64,000 bases of DNA, from NCBI RefSeq assembly GCF_037042905.1, contig NC_087245.1, positions 11,472,001 to 11,536,000 of the forward strand, read 5' to 3'. This DNA is from Lytechinus pictus (taxonomy: Eukaryota). Numbering within the stretch: position 1 is the stretch's first letter; every line of letters starts with the position of its first letter. Below are positions 25,061 through 57,559 of this stretch, one piece after another. Under the pieces are notes generated by a model, which worked only from the letters and a program-made list of their open reading frames with translations, was not told the DNA's origin and made no database searches. Made by a program: the position numbers and the translations under genes.

Positions 25061-26802
25061 CCCCGGAGGGGGGGGGGCACTTATATTGACGAGTGGATAC
25101 CATGCATGCACGAAAAGCACCCTAAACAAGTATTTTCCATATTCTGAAAATGCACCCCTTAACAAGTATTGGCGTGTGAAACCCTACCCTTAACAAGTAT
25201 TGGAAACAAAACGATACCCTTGGCAAGCAATTCCCTGAATTGAACCCCTAAACAAGTAGATCTAGATCTACAGCGATATTGTAATCGTTATGTCACGGAC
25301 GTCGGTTTTACCTTTACCTACATCACTGGGTTTAGCCCCTTTCACAATTGACGTACGACCATTTGCGACCTTTTGGTCGTGCGACAGGCTGCAACAGGCA
25401 TCAATCGCTAGTCATCTCATAAGATCGCACAGAGGCTTTCACAGTTGCAACAGCTGTCGTACAACAAAAACAACCAGTAAACCCCGTTGCACGAGTAAGT
25501 CGCATATGCTCTTATTGTGCTCGTGCGATCACATGCGAGTGTTGCACGAGGGATTGCGAGTGGAACGGTCGCATACATGCGAATGAAATGGTAGTGCAAT
25601 GTTGTAAGCCGTTGCGATCGGTCTTGCAACAGTCTTATGGCCCATATTATTATCGCAACCAGTCGCAAGACAGGTCTCTGTACATGTAGGTCGCTTGCAC
25701 ATGTGCAAGTGTTGCACGACCTCCAGTCAAGTAAATGCGACTACTTAGTTGTGCCACCTCTCGCACCAAGTCGTACAACGTTGAACAACACTCGCACGAT
25801 GATCGCCCGACCGATAGTACGACCCCGGGTACGGCCTGATGCGAATGAATCGATCGTATTTGATCGCGTTCGGATTTTGAACATGTTCAAAGTTCAGATG
25901 TGACCAGCCACGACCACCTCGAGTTCGTGCGACTGTCTACAACGACTGCGAGTGCTCGCAAGACACCAAGAGATCGATCGTGCAACAACAAGAAAAAACT
26001 GTTGCAGGCGGTCGTAAACTGGTCGGACGTCAATTGTGAAAGGGGCTGAACGGTCGCATACATGCGAATGCAACGGTAGTGGAATGTAGTAAGCCGTAAT
26101 TTCGATCGGTCTTGCAACAGTCTCATATTATCGCACCCAGTCGCAAGACTGGTCTCTGTAGGTCTCCAGCACATGTGCAAGTGTTGTACGACCTCCAGTC
26201 GACTAAATGCGACTATACTTAGTTGTGCCACCTCTCGCACCAAGTCGTACAACTTTGAACAACACTCACACGATGATCGCCCGACCGATGGTACGACCTG
26301 TTGCGAGTGAATCAATCGTATTTGATCGCGTTTGGATTTTGAACATGTTCAAAGTTCAGATGCGACCAGTCACGATCACCTCCGACCACCTCGAGTTTGT
26401 GCGATCGTCTACAACGACTGCGAGTGCTCGCAAGACACCAAGGGATCGATCGTGCAACAACAAGAAAAAACTGTTGCAGGTGGTCGTAAACAGGTCGTAC
26501 ATCAATTGTGAAAGGGGCTTTTAGTACGGCCCCACCTCCCACACCTCGCGCAAATCGTACTCTAAACACGTAGTGTTGACTGTTGCTTTGGGGGCAAAAA
26601 GTACATCCTTTATAAAAAAAAATTATTTTTATACCCTTGCAAATTTGACCCTAAACACCTAGCTCTCCTAGCAAAATAGATACCCTTTTAAAATAATGTT
26701 AGTGTTTTTGGCACCTTTAATTATATACCTCTCTTTTTTACGTATTTTTGGGGGTCGCGCATGGTACCCACTCGTCAATGTAAGTGCCCCCCCCCCCCCC
26801 GG
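25061..26802. mobile_element. Non-autonomous TIR element hosting a nested insertion
   Basis: Left CCGG-G-run-CACTTATATTGACGAGTGGATACCATGC is the inverted match of right GCATGGTACCCACTCGTCAATGTAAGTG-C-run-CGG. Confidence 0.75.
25334..26519. mobile_element. PIF/Harbinger-like MITE with a tandemly duplicated right half
   Basis: TIR AGCCCCTTTCACAATTGA at 25334, with its inverse ending at both 26047 and 26519. A 3-bp TTT flanks both outer ends. Confidence 0.8.
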
Positions 26803-26819
26803 ATTACAACTAAACTTTA

Positions 26820-29800
26820 ATTGAATTTGAATTTGAATTTATTAATAAACTTCATTCATATGGCATGAATATTTTGTTTTAAAATATATACAATGATAAC
26901 ATAAACAAAAACATTCATAACTGTATGTCGTATAAATCAGTAATACATCAATACATAGATTTCCAATTATTATAAAGATATACATCTATATACAAAGAGA
27001 AATGACGAATTGAAATTTAACATAAAGAAGGTGTAGCATAATGCAATATACATAAGTTATCTAATTATCGAATACAAATCAGGAAGTAAATAAATGTATA
27101 CCGTTAGAGATATAGCTTTGGTAATGGTGGCTTTGGTGGATTTTAGATATTATGAATGAAATTTAAAAAGAAAAATGTACTTGATGTTAAAACTCGCCCC
27201 TCTTATTTATAATCGCTTTGAAGAACTTACAAAAATTATCAATTATGTTTTCATTATCAAGTTTCATTATGAATATAAATTTGTCTTCATCGCTAAGTTT
27301 CTTAAACTGTTTATACATTTCAGCTATTTTGTAAAAAAACACCACCCTTTCAGTTGTGTGTACATCACATTCTATTATCGTGTGATACTCATCCCCAACC
27401 CTTCCTAAATTACAATTATTGCACGTTCTTAAATGTGAGGGTATTTTATCTGGACGTCTTCCAGTTTCAATGGGTAAATTATGGGAACTTATTCTAAATC
27501 GACAGATGTTTTTCCGTATTTTCTGATTTTTAACAGTTAATAGATATTTCTCTGTTTGTATATTCTGTTTAAAAAGTTTATAAGTTCTCAATTTATTTTG
27601 TTCATTATCATTTCCTCTATGATTACGTAAATCCAATAAGAACTGGCGATTGAAAATATCTTCAACTTTGTTTTCTATTTCTTCTTCTACTACTCTATCA
27701 CTATCGACTATCTCATCTAGTTCTAAACAATTCTTATTCACATCCAAATATATGTTAAACCCCTTAAGAAGGTGTTGCAGGTTTCCTAGCCAGCATTCGC
27801 AATTATTCTCAATTATTTTTTTGTTTTCTTCAAAAAAGTGATGTAGCAAAGAATCTTCATCTATACTTTCCGCTAATTTGTGTTATCAGTGGATACATTC
27901 CAACTTCTGCAAGTATTGCTAAGTGGCTGCTCCTTTTGTTAATTCCTAAGACATTTCTCAACCATTGAAACTGGACACATTGAATTTCATTTCTCAAATA
28001 CAACTTTGAATTACCATTTTCAAGCTCCGCTAACTTTTTTAAAGTTGACGGTAAAAGCGCCCCATACCTCCGAACCATATAAGAGTATTGGCTTTATTAA
28101 AGAGTCAAATATTCGTGACGCGGTTTTTATATTTGGAAGATTGTAACAAAAGGATTGAAATAATTTGAATAATACTCTCTTGGCTTTATCTGCCAGATTA
28201 ACTCTTGTATCTTTGAATGAACCGCAGTTATTGAAAACCAAACCTAAATATGTTGCATGTTTAACAACTTCTATGTTCTGACCGTTAATTTACCTCGAAA
28301 GCCTGATCTTTCAAATTTTTTCCATTCTTGTTACAATTCATTAATTTTTGTTTTGTCAGTATTAACATTCAATAGCCATTTATCACAGTAAATACCAAGT
28401 CTATCTAACAATGTTTGCATTCCACACCTTGATTTTGATACCAATACAATGTCATCTGCAACATTAAACAGTTGACTAACTTTCCATTCAACTCAACTGG
28501 ATCAGTGTCAGTAATTCCTAACTCATGAGGCAAGTCATTTAGATAGAGGTTGAAAAGGGTGGGACTTAATGTACACCCTTGTTTTACACCACAATTGCTT
28601 CCAAAACTCTCGGTTATCCCTTCATTCAGCTTTACACTCAACTTTAGTTTTTTATACATATTAGTTACAATCTCATAAAAATTGCCTCCTATACCATATT
28701 TCAGCATTTTGAGGAAAGTTTCCACTGACGAGGATCAAGTTGAAAATTTTTGCTAACACTGGTGAAAAATTGTATATACCTGCTTTTAACATTTCATTTA
28801 GAATCGCATCACAACCAGGTGCTTTCTTTGGTTTAAGTTTTTTAATACATGCCACGACTTCGGGAGATGATATAGAAAAATCCAACGAACTAAAGGTTCT
28901 TTTCAGATGTTCTTCATTTAGTTGACCCTCAATCACCCGTTGATTCTCAGTAAGTGAGTAGTCCTTATTCATTAATTTGCAGAAGTAAGTATACCACTCT
29001 ATATGTGAAATCTTTCCCGAAATATCATTTCTTTCAGTATGCAGTTCATTCAAATCATTTATTATACTCCACCTTTCTTTTGTGTTAGTGCTTTGCATGT
29101 TTTCTAACTTTGTTTACATATTTTCTCTGCTTTCTCTAATATTTGTTTTTAGTTTTTTCTTGAATAATTTCCTACACGTATAATACGTATTTCTCAATTG
29201 ACAATCGAACGGTTTCTTACATACTTCCCGACACAATTTCTTAACCCTATTCCTAAGTGCTTCTGTTTCTCTATCAATTTGAAACTGTTTACATTTTCTT
29301 CGTAAATTCTGTTTCTTCCTTGGTATTTTCCTTGGTATTTGAGCTGAATCAGCCACGTGTAAAATACAGTCAGTCAGCTCGTTCACCGCAGTATCTATTC
29401 CGTTTTCATCTAACATGTAATTCTTTTCATACAAAGAATTAATCATGTCCTTGTTTTGGGGCTCTTTCAGGGCCCTTTCAAACTGTTCTCTGCTAAACTG
29501 ACCCTGCCATTTAAAAATATCTATAGGGGTTGCTTTAACTCTTTAACATTGCTTTCACATTGATCTTTATGTACATCTCTGTAATGATTTGCCCTAATCT
29601 TTACCTCTATAGGGCAGTGGTCTGAATGAGTCGTTAAATGTAATACATGGAAGAATGTGATTAGACCATATAAATCACTATCTGTCAGTGTATAGTCAAT
29701 AACGCTCGGTGTAGCACCATTAGCACCATAACATGTAAAATTTCCATTCGTGTCTCCAAACGTACGACCATTTAGAATTCGGAGATCACACATTTTACAT

Positions 29801-30105
29801 AACTCCAGAATATATTTTCCCCTATTGTTTGGGGGTCTACAATCCTGGTTTCTTCTATCCATCAGATTAAAATCATTATCTATTCTATATTGTGGTATTA
29901 ATCGACCTATGTTGTCTTTTTCTGGTGTATTCTGATCAGACACATTGCTGGTGTAACCATTAAAATCTCCCATCAGTAGGCATTTGCCTTGCCTCTTGTG
30001 TATTGCAGTATCTTGCTTGATTTTTTTCTAACACATCAATTTCCGAGGAATAAGTCGAATTTTCTGGGTTAATGTAAAGAAAACAAATAATTGTTAATAA
30101 CATGG
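26820..30105 (-). mobile_element. Degraded 5'-truncated LINE (APE endonuclease + RT + C-terminal Cys/His motif; RTE-X-like, clade uncertain)
   Basis: Frameshifted ORF pieces: GDFN..IDY..SDH (29521-29973), KAPGCDAILNEMLK (28673-29098), GVKQGCTLSPTLFNLYLNDL (28405-28725), IKPILLYGSEVWG (28020-28241) and RISSHNLPIETGR..CNNC..DEYH..C (27187-27849). The 3' end has AATAAA followed by a (TTCAAA)n tail at about 26820-26843. Confidence 0.9.
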
Positions 30106-30980
30106 TAGGTCCATGCTCATACGACTTACTTGAAATAAAAAAAAGTTACTAGAAAACATAAACGGCAGCTAATTCTTCTAATTCTTCTATTTTTCTAATT
30201 GTAATGGTACGTGATGAAATAAATGAAACGGTCACCAACAGTAGCGTACGCAGGGATGGTTAGAGGGGTTCAACCCCCTAATTGTTTTTATACCCACCCA
30301 CCCCCCCCCTTAAAAATTTTGTGAAGACTTTTTTGGGGGGCATGTCAATTTTTCAGAGGTACAGACTGACTTAAATTTGTGGTGAAAACCTTTTTATTTA
30401 TTTATTATTTTTTATTTTTTAGTTGTCGATCAACATTTCAGTCAGCTTGCTCCTGTGACATTTAATCCGGTCTCAATATTTTAGAGGGCATATGGTTATT
30501 TACTTAGGATTTGATTAGAGTTCGCCTTATTATTGTAATAAGTTTTTATTTGCTCATAATAATATTGATATAGTTTGGAGGCTGGGTCTCAGTATGTTTG
30601 CTTATAACGTCCACTATCGGGAGCCATCGTCGCCGGAGCAAATGTCATGGTTCCAAAATATCCTGATTTAGGACGGATAACTTTGCTAACATAGCCACTG
30701 ATGCTGTCTCCCCCAAAGCCCCCCCCCCCCCCTCCCCCGCTCTATTATTATTACTAACGTTAGCACAAAAACCTAATCTGAGTTTGCAAAAATTACCCAG
30801 ATCACATCATTGATAGGTGGAAGTCTAACTTTATTTTTATTTTGGTGCTGTGCTGATGTCAACAACCCGCCTAACACAAGCACCAAGCTCAACACTGCAC
30901 CTACCTGAGGTGTCCGTGTAGAGTTGTAGCGTACACGAACAATACACTGCACCTGAATCAGGCGTTTGGTGTAGAATATT

Positions 30981-31011
30981 ATGACGTCATTCTTGTTGGG
31001 GCTCTCAAAGA

Positions 31012-31018
<7 letters not shown>
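30981..31018 (+). promoter_or_regulatory. Putative WDR48 proximal elements: palindromic CRE (ATGACGTCAT) and YY1-like AATGGCGG overlapping the start codon
   Basis: TGACGTCA at 30982-30989 and AATGGCGG at 31011-31018. Motif match and position only. Confidence 0.45.
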
Positions 31019-51335
<20,317 letters not shown>

Positions 51336-53577
51336 GCATATTCCCTCAGTTCTGACATTTGTGTTAAACGGTGAATTATATGTGGTGCTTAGCCCCCTTT
51401 CAGACTACCTTGCATAGACAGTGAATGCATGTGGCTGGATGTTAATGATTCTGTGCAATTTATGAGGGCAGTGTAGTTAGGAGGGAGAAACAAACAGTAA
51501 CTGCAGATCTCATATGTTGCTCTACTGTATCACCAATGTCACCACTGCACAAGAGAATATGTGTGAACCAGTTCTAACGGTGGATAATAGTTGTCCTGCT
51601 CCCTGGGAAGCAGCTTACTGCAGCAAGTATACCACTTCTGGATATCTATCGGATTGTCTCTTGTTTTCATATTGAATAAGGAGCTTCTGAATACCAGTGC
51701 CATTCAGGAACAGAGCCAAGATATCTCTCTATTTACTCCTTTGTCACACTCGACCTTCATGGCATCGAAGCCTTTCACTGTTTAGACTGAATAATATCAT
51801 CATAGAATTACTCAAAATAACACCCGGAAAGCAATGCTCCTAGTAGGTTCAAATGTGTAGCGTGTGACCCGTATTCACAAAGCTGAACAATTGATCATGG
51901 TGCTGATTTCTACAATTGATTGCATTGATTAATGTGTGTGATCAATCGTAAAAGTCAGCCCCAACGATAAATTGCTAAGCTTTATGTTACTGGGCCCAGG
52001 GCACTGTTTTGTGAAAGGTGCCATGAGGTGATGTTTTCAGTGATATCCTTGGTTTTGATTGGTTGAGATGCACTGTAATTATGTTAATGTCACTGATGAC
52101 AGCAATCATGGAGCAGTGTCCTGGGGCCCATTTCACAAAGAGCTTTGAGCCTTATTACCGTGGAAACTGCCATAACATATCTCCGCAACTAATTAAGGTT
52201 TTTATGATGATTGCTATAATGGCAAAGTTACCATAATCAATTTTTGTTTAAAACAAGGCTCAGATGTCATCAGACCTTTTGCCATTTGCCGGGTTTGTAC
52301 ATAATTTGGGAATTTTTACAATGCTTGTGCACCTACGCATTTTATGTTTTCTGTGAAAGTAAACAGGTAACAAATGGTGTATGATTATGAGTTGGTTATT
52401 GAATCCTAAACAAATCATGTATGCTAAAATTAGGTACACAATGCTTATTATGCAAACATGTAAGTACTGTGCATTAAATTAATGTTTTAGCTCTTGGTCG
52501 ATTTTGGCCATGAGCTTGTCTTCTGCCATGGCATTACAGTCTCAATTCTTTCAAAATTGAAAATTGTGTGAATTGCTTTAGCTGAATGCTAGAGGAACAC
52601 CACATCGTTTATTGTGCTTAGCTTTGCCTGAATTACCAAATGGTAAATTTCCTTTATAGGCTTATTAAGCATTAAAGCATATTAAGTGAAATGACAAATT
52701 TTCTTGAGTTGATTGCTTTCCTATCATAGACCAAATGTTATTTTGCAAATAAGAAACAACCTATTTTGAATTGTCAGTATCATAATGTGTGATGTATAAA
52801 AGAAAGTAATTTATTGATTGTAAATAATGTCATATTTGCTTTAAATCATTTGTATAATTTCTTCAAAACATTGGTTTGCAGGCTATTTCAATGTAAGCTT
52901 TGAAATATATGGGAAATGTCACGTTTGGAAAATGCATGAAAAGTAATTTATCATTATTGATTCAATTTTTGTGTCATGTTGTTTCTCCCTTTTCGGCTGT
53001 TTACATATACTAGTGACTATTATTTGAGATCTTTTAAACTTGCATAATGACTTCCTGCTGTCAGTTGTGAGCCAGCTATTTTTGAATGTCAAGAATGAGT
53101 TTTGTACTGTTTATATGTTATTCAAAGTTGAATTCTAACCAAGTCAAACAAATTTCTGTAGATTTGACTTTTAACAGAATTAGACAAATCTAACATCTAA
53201 AGCAAGATGAGTTATATGTAATGCTTTATTGTACAACGCCTACTTAGCTTGTTGTACACGAGCAAATGGGAGACTGAATGTAAAATATTAGTACCATTGC
53301 ACACACGACGTACCATCCAAAATGTATCGTCTAAAATGTACAGTTGCACGGCTTTAGGAGGTGACGTCACAATACGATTCAATTCATTGCGCCCAGTAAA
53401 AAAATCAAGGTGAAATACATGCTGCCCGAGGTCATGTGCGCTTGTGGGATTTACTTTTCGCTGTCAATATTTTTGCTCCCTTTTCATAGATTACCGCAGG
53501 GAAAAAACTATCTTTTTTTCATATTTTCGCTAAACTCTGAGGCGTTGTACAACAAAAATAGAGAATATTCTTATTCG

Positions 53578-53694
53578 TGCAATGGTGCGAGATTTCGCAT
53601 GAGGTGAAAGAAAAAGACACTCTATTCAACTAGGCTAATGCCTCATTGAATAGACCATCTTTCTTTCACCTCGTGCAAAATCTCGCACCATCGC
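53578..53694. repeat. Long imperfect inverted repeat (hairpin), probably within a non-autonomous element spanning about 53212-53720
   Basis: TGCAATGGTGCGAGATTTCGCATGAGGTGAAAGAAA...CTATTCAA pairs with TTGAATAG...TTTCTTTCACCTCGTGCAAAATCTCGCACCATCGCA. Confidence 0.75.
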
Positions 53695-56009
53695 ACTCAT
53701 GCCTATTCACTATTGTATACTAGCTCAAGACAGTACCTGTATGTTTTTATTCATTATACCTCTTCGTTCAGCATATTTGATTTCATGCATCGCCAATTCT
53801 TGTATTGAATATTCACTATTAGATGTATTTGACTTCTTGCTAAACATGGCATGCAACCGAAAGTAGAGTTCACACTTGTACATTATTACCATTGTACAAC
53901 ATCAACTCGGCTTGTTGTGAGTGAGCCTGTGTGAATTGAAACATTCAACATTTGTATCATCACACATTTACTCTACATGTACCAACCAAAATGTACCATT
54001 TCATATAAAAGATATGGTGGTATGCACACTGTAATATTCAGTGTGTGTTATATGAAATTAGTTTCACCAGGGACCTCCCAGCTCCCTAGTTTCACTCTGT
54101 TTGGTTTCTTCGATCAAATAAACACCAACAACAGTAAGGTTGTATCAGATGTTTGTAATTGTTTACAACTGGAATGAAGAACAAGGTCAATAATTGGACC
54201 AAAATAGTTTTAACTAGTATTTATGGAAATTGTATTGAGTCCTATCCCTTTATCTTCACTTTTTAATTTAGAGTTTGAAGTAATTGAGCTTGTGAATCCC
54301 AAATTAAATTGATCTAATGAGCTTTTTTTTCATTTTAAAATGGTTGAGCCCTCTTTTTCATGCTATATAATGGGATTTGTGCTCAGCAATTATAGAGTCA
54401 TGTACGTAGCTGGTCCCCCAAAAAATACTTCAACATTTATGTTATTTTGTGCATTGAAATGATATTTTTACTTTTGTTTGTTTCTACTACATGTAAACAA
54501 AATTTCAGCACTATCAAACTTCAACATAATCTTATAATCCCCCATGTACCTGTCATTTTAATTCAGAGCAAGTTCAATATTGCAAGGATTACTGTTATAT
54601 GATCTTATTTATGGTGAAGTTTAACAAATCATAAGTCCATAGGCTTAACTTGTAATGAAATTGTATTATTTTCCCAACTGTTGTATACGGCCACATACTA
54701 AAACTGTGTGCCTGATATGATCCGGCGGTTTCCATTGATTTCAATTGCAGCTCTGTGATAAACAATATGCTAAATACTGAAAGTGTAACTTTATCTTGTA
54801 GTCTATTCATTCTCTTTTAAGACAAATATTTTATGTGAAATGATACCCTATTAATTATTTTAAGGTTCTTTGTTAGCAGCATTATATATTATTTCCATTT
54901 TAGAAAAATTGCCATTATGATCAAAATGACTCTACTTGTGCAGAAACAGATTTCTGTGGGTATATATCAATGTTAGACTTGCCAATTTACAGATGAAAAG
55001 CCACCAAAATAATAGTATTCTCCAGCTCATATGAATGTAGTACTGTATAAAGCAAAGGGGAGAGGATAAAATCAGGAGTTTGTACAAGAATTTTGTAAAT
55101 GGGTGATAACATTGATTTCTTACCTCTCCTGATTTGAAGGGGAAAAAATAAGACTTTGAAAATGTTGATTCTAATGGAGAGTCAAAAACACATTTTTATA
55201 ATCTATATTCCCCAGAATGCAGTATTTTTACGCGATGCTGGTATTGAAATATTGCATTAGTATATCTTGGTGTTTGGATGTAAAAACATATCTGCATAGA
55301 TTTTTCATATATATATTTTGTTTTATCAGCTTATGCAAAATTATTCATTTATTTACCCAAATAATGTATTTTTCTTAGATCATTTTATTGTAGTAAAATA
55401 CGCAGGATGTTTTCTGTTGTGTATTGTATGATTATAAAGGAATGTACATTGTAAATATATAAAGATATTGATTATGGGATAAAAAGTTGTTCCTGTACAT
55501 GTGTCTTTTTATTCCTGAGAATATGTATAAGTATGAATGCAAGAACTGGATAAAACAAAGGGTCCATGAAACTTCAATGCAAGTTTATTCCTTTTGATAT
55601 GCAACATACCTACTACTTGGTTATTGTAATTCTGTTTTAATTTATCCGTTAAGATTTTTTCATTGGTTTTGGGGATATTTTTGGGGCTGCTTTTTCACAA
55701 TCTTGCATGGCCCTGTATCCACAAAATACAGATCTTTGCTGTAATGACATCACGTCTCAGTCATTGATGTAAAAAGTAGTATGTAACCAGAGGTAACTTA
55801 GTAACTCGAGACCAGGGCTGTCTCCCTAGATGCATCTAGGGAGACTGCCCTGGAGACTCCTTGGTAGTTCCAGGGTATTACAAAATGAAGTCAAAGGAGT
55901 ACCCACTACAGGATGTATGAAAGATGAAATAACCTGGACTCTAGTTGCCTCTTTGAATGCAATAGTCATCCAGGAGTTACCCCAGTCACCTTGATGAATT
56001 AGGTCTAAG

Positions 56010-57489
56010 CACTGGCGGATCCAGAGGGGGGGGGGGGGTCAAAGCCGGCCCGTGCCCCCCCCCCCCCCTTTGAGAGGCACAATTAAAATTTGTTATGTAA
56101 AAATGCAGTTAAAACTGAAGTGTGCCCCCCCCCCTTTTGAAAGTGAATAAATTTATTTTTTTGCATGCAAAATTTCATGTGAACAAAATGTCATTATTTT
56201 TGGTTGAAAACCCTTTTTTTGTCTCGCCTGCATAGCAGAGCGAGACTATAGGCGCCGCTTTTCCGACGGCGGCGGCGTCAACATCAAATCTTAACCTAAG
56301 GTTAAGTTTTTGAAATGACATCATAACTTAGAAAGTATATGTACCTAGTTCATGAAACTTGAACATAAGGTTAATCAAGTATTACTGAACATCCTGCCTG
56401 AGTTTCAGGTCACATGACCAAGGTCAAAGGTCATTTAGGGTCAATGAACTTAGACCATGTTGGGAAAATTATTTTCAAAATCTTAACCAAAGGTTAAGTT
56501 TTTGAAATGACATCATAACTTAGAAAGTATATGGACCTAGTTCATGAAACTTGGGCATAAGGTTAATCAAGTATTAGTGAACATCCTGCTCGAGTTTCAG
56601 GTCACGTGACCAAGGTCAAAGGTCATTTAGGGTCAATGAACTTTGGTCAAGTTGGGGGTATTTGTTGAATTACTATCATAACTTTGAAAATATGTGGATC
56701 TAGTCCATGAAACTTGGACATAAGGTTAATCAAGTATTAGTGAATATCCTGCTTGAGTTTCAGGTCACATGACCATGGTCAATGGTCATTTAAGGTCAAT
56801 GAACTTTGGCCGTGTTGGGGGTATTTGTTAAATTACCATCCTAACTCTGAAAGTTTATGGATCTAGTTCATAAAACCTGGACATAAGAGTAATCAAGTAT
56901 CACTGAACATCCTGTACGAGTTTCAGGTCACATGACCATGGTCAAAGGTCATTAAAGGTCAATGAACTTTGGCCGTGTTGGGGGTATTTGTTGAATTACC
57001 ATCCTAACTCTGAAAGTTTATGGATCTAGTTCATAAAACTTGGGATATAAGAGTAATCAAGCATCACTGAACATCCCCTGTGAGTTTCAGGTCACAAAAC
57101 CAAGTCAAAGGTCAGTTAAGGTCAATAAACTTAGGCCATGTTGGGGTAATTGTTGAAGTGCCATCATAACTTTGAAAGTTTATGGATAGAGTGAATGAAA
57201 TGTGGACATGCATGGGTGTAGTTGACAGTCTTAAGTCTCCGTTCAAATGTCATTTATGGTCAATGAACGTGGTATTATGTCATTATATGAATGATGTTTT
57301 TGTGAATGAGTATTATATTGTAATTTTCAAAGTTAGCACTGCTGCTATATTAAATTGCGTAATGCAGGCGAGACTGCCAGAGGCGTTCCACTTGTTATTA
57401 TATTTGTTTTTAATATTTTTGCTTGTCAAATTTTTCCTCGGTAAAATGCCCCCCCCCCCCCCTTTTGGAAAATCCTGGATTCACCCCTG
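56010..57489. mobile_element. hAT-like MITE split by a nested element
   Basis: CACTGGCGGATCCAG...CTGGATTCACCCCTG. Flanks GGTCTAAG and GATGTAAG match at 6 of 8 positions. Confidence 0.6.
56221..57395 (+). mobile_element. Second pearl/DINE-1/HINE-like copy, about 5.5 tandem units
   Basis: Same termini (GTCTCGCCTGCAT...ATGCAGGCGAGAC, then TGCCAGAGGC) and same unit as 49846-50643. Confidence 0.75.
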
Positions 57490-57559
57490 GATGTAAGATA
57501 CATTCCAGTACATCATTTGGAATAAACTTGCATTTGTTTGCTTGTGGGTCACAGTTTTT

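Noticed and set aside
24538..26569. Multiple 60-140 aa ORFs (Pro-, Cys- and Arg-rich)
   Set aside because: They lie within GC-richer tandem repeats and MITEs, with no splice context or family motifs.
26820..30105. Retron, DGR or other domesticated RT system
   Set aside because: All three RT regions are frameshifted, truncated LINE fragments with non-LTR motifs, and two retain 3' tails. No intact ADD-containing ORF is present.
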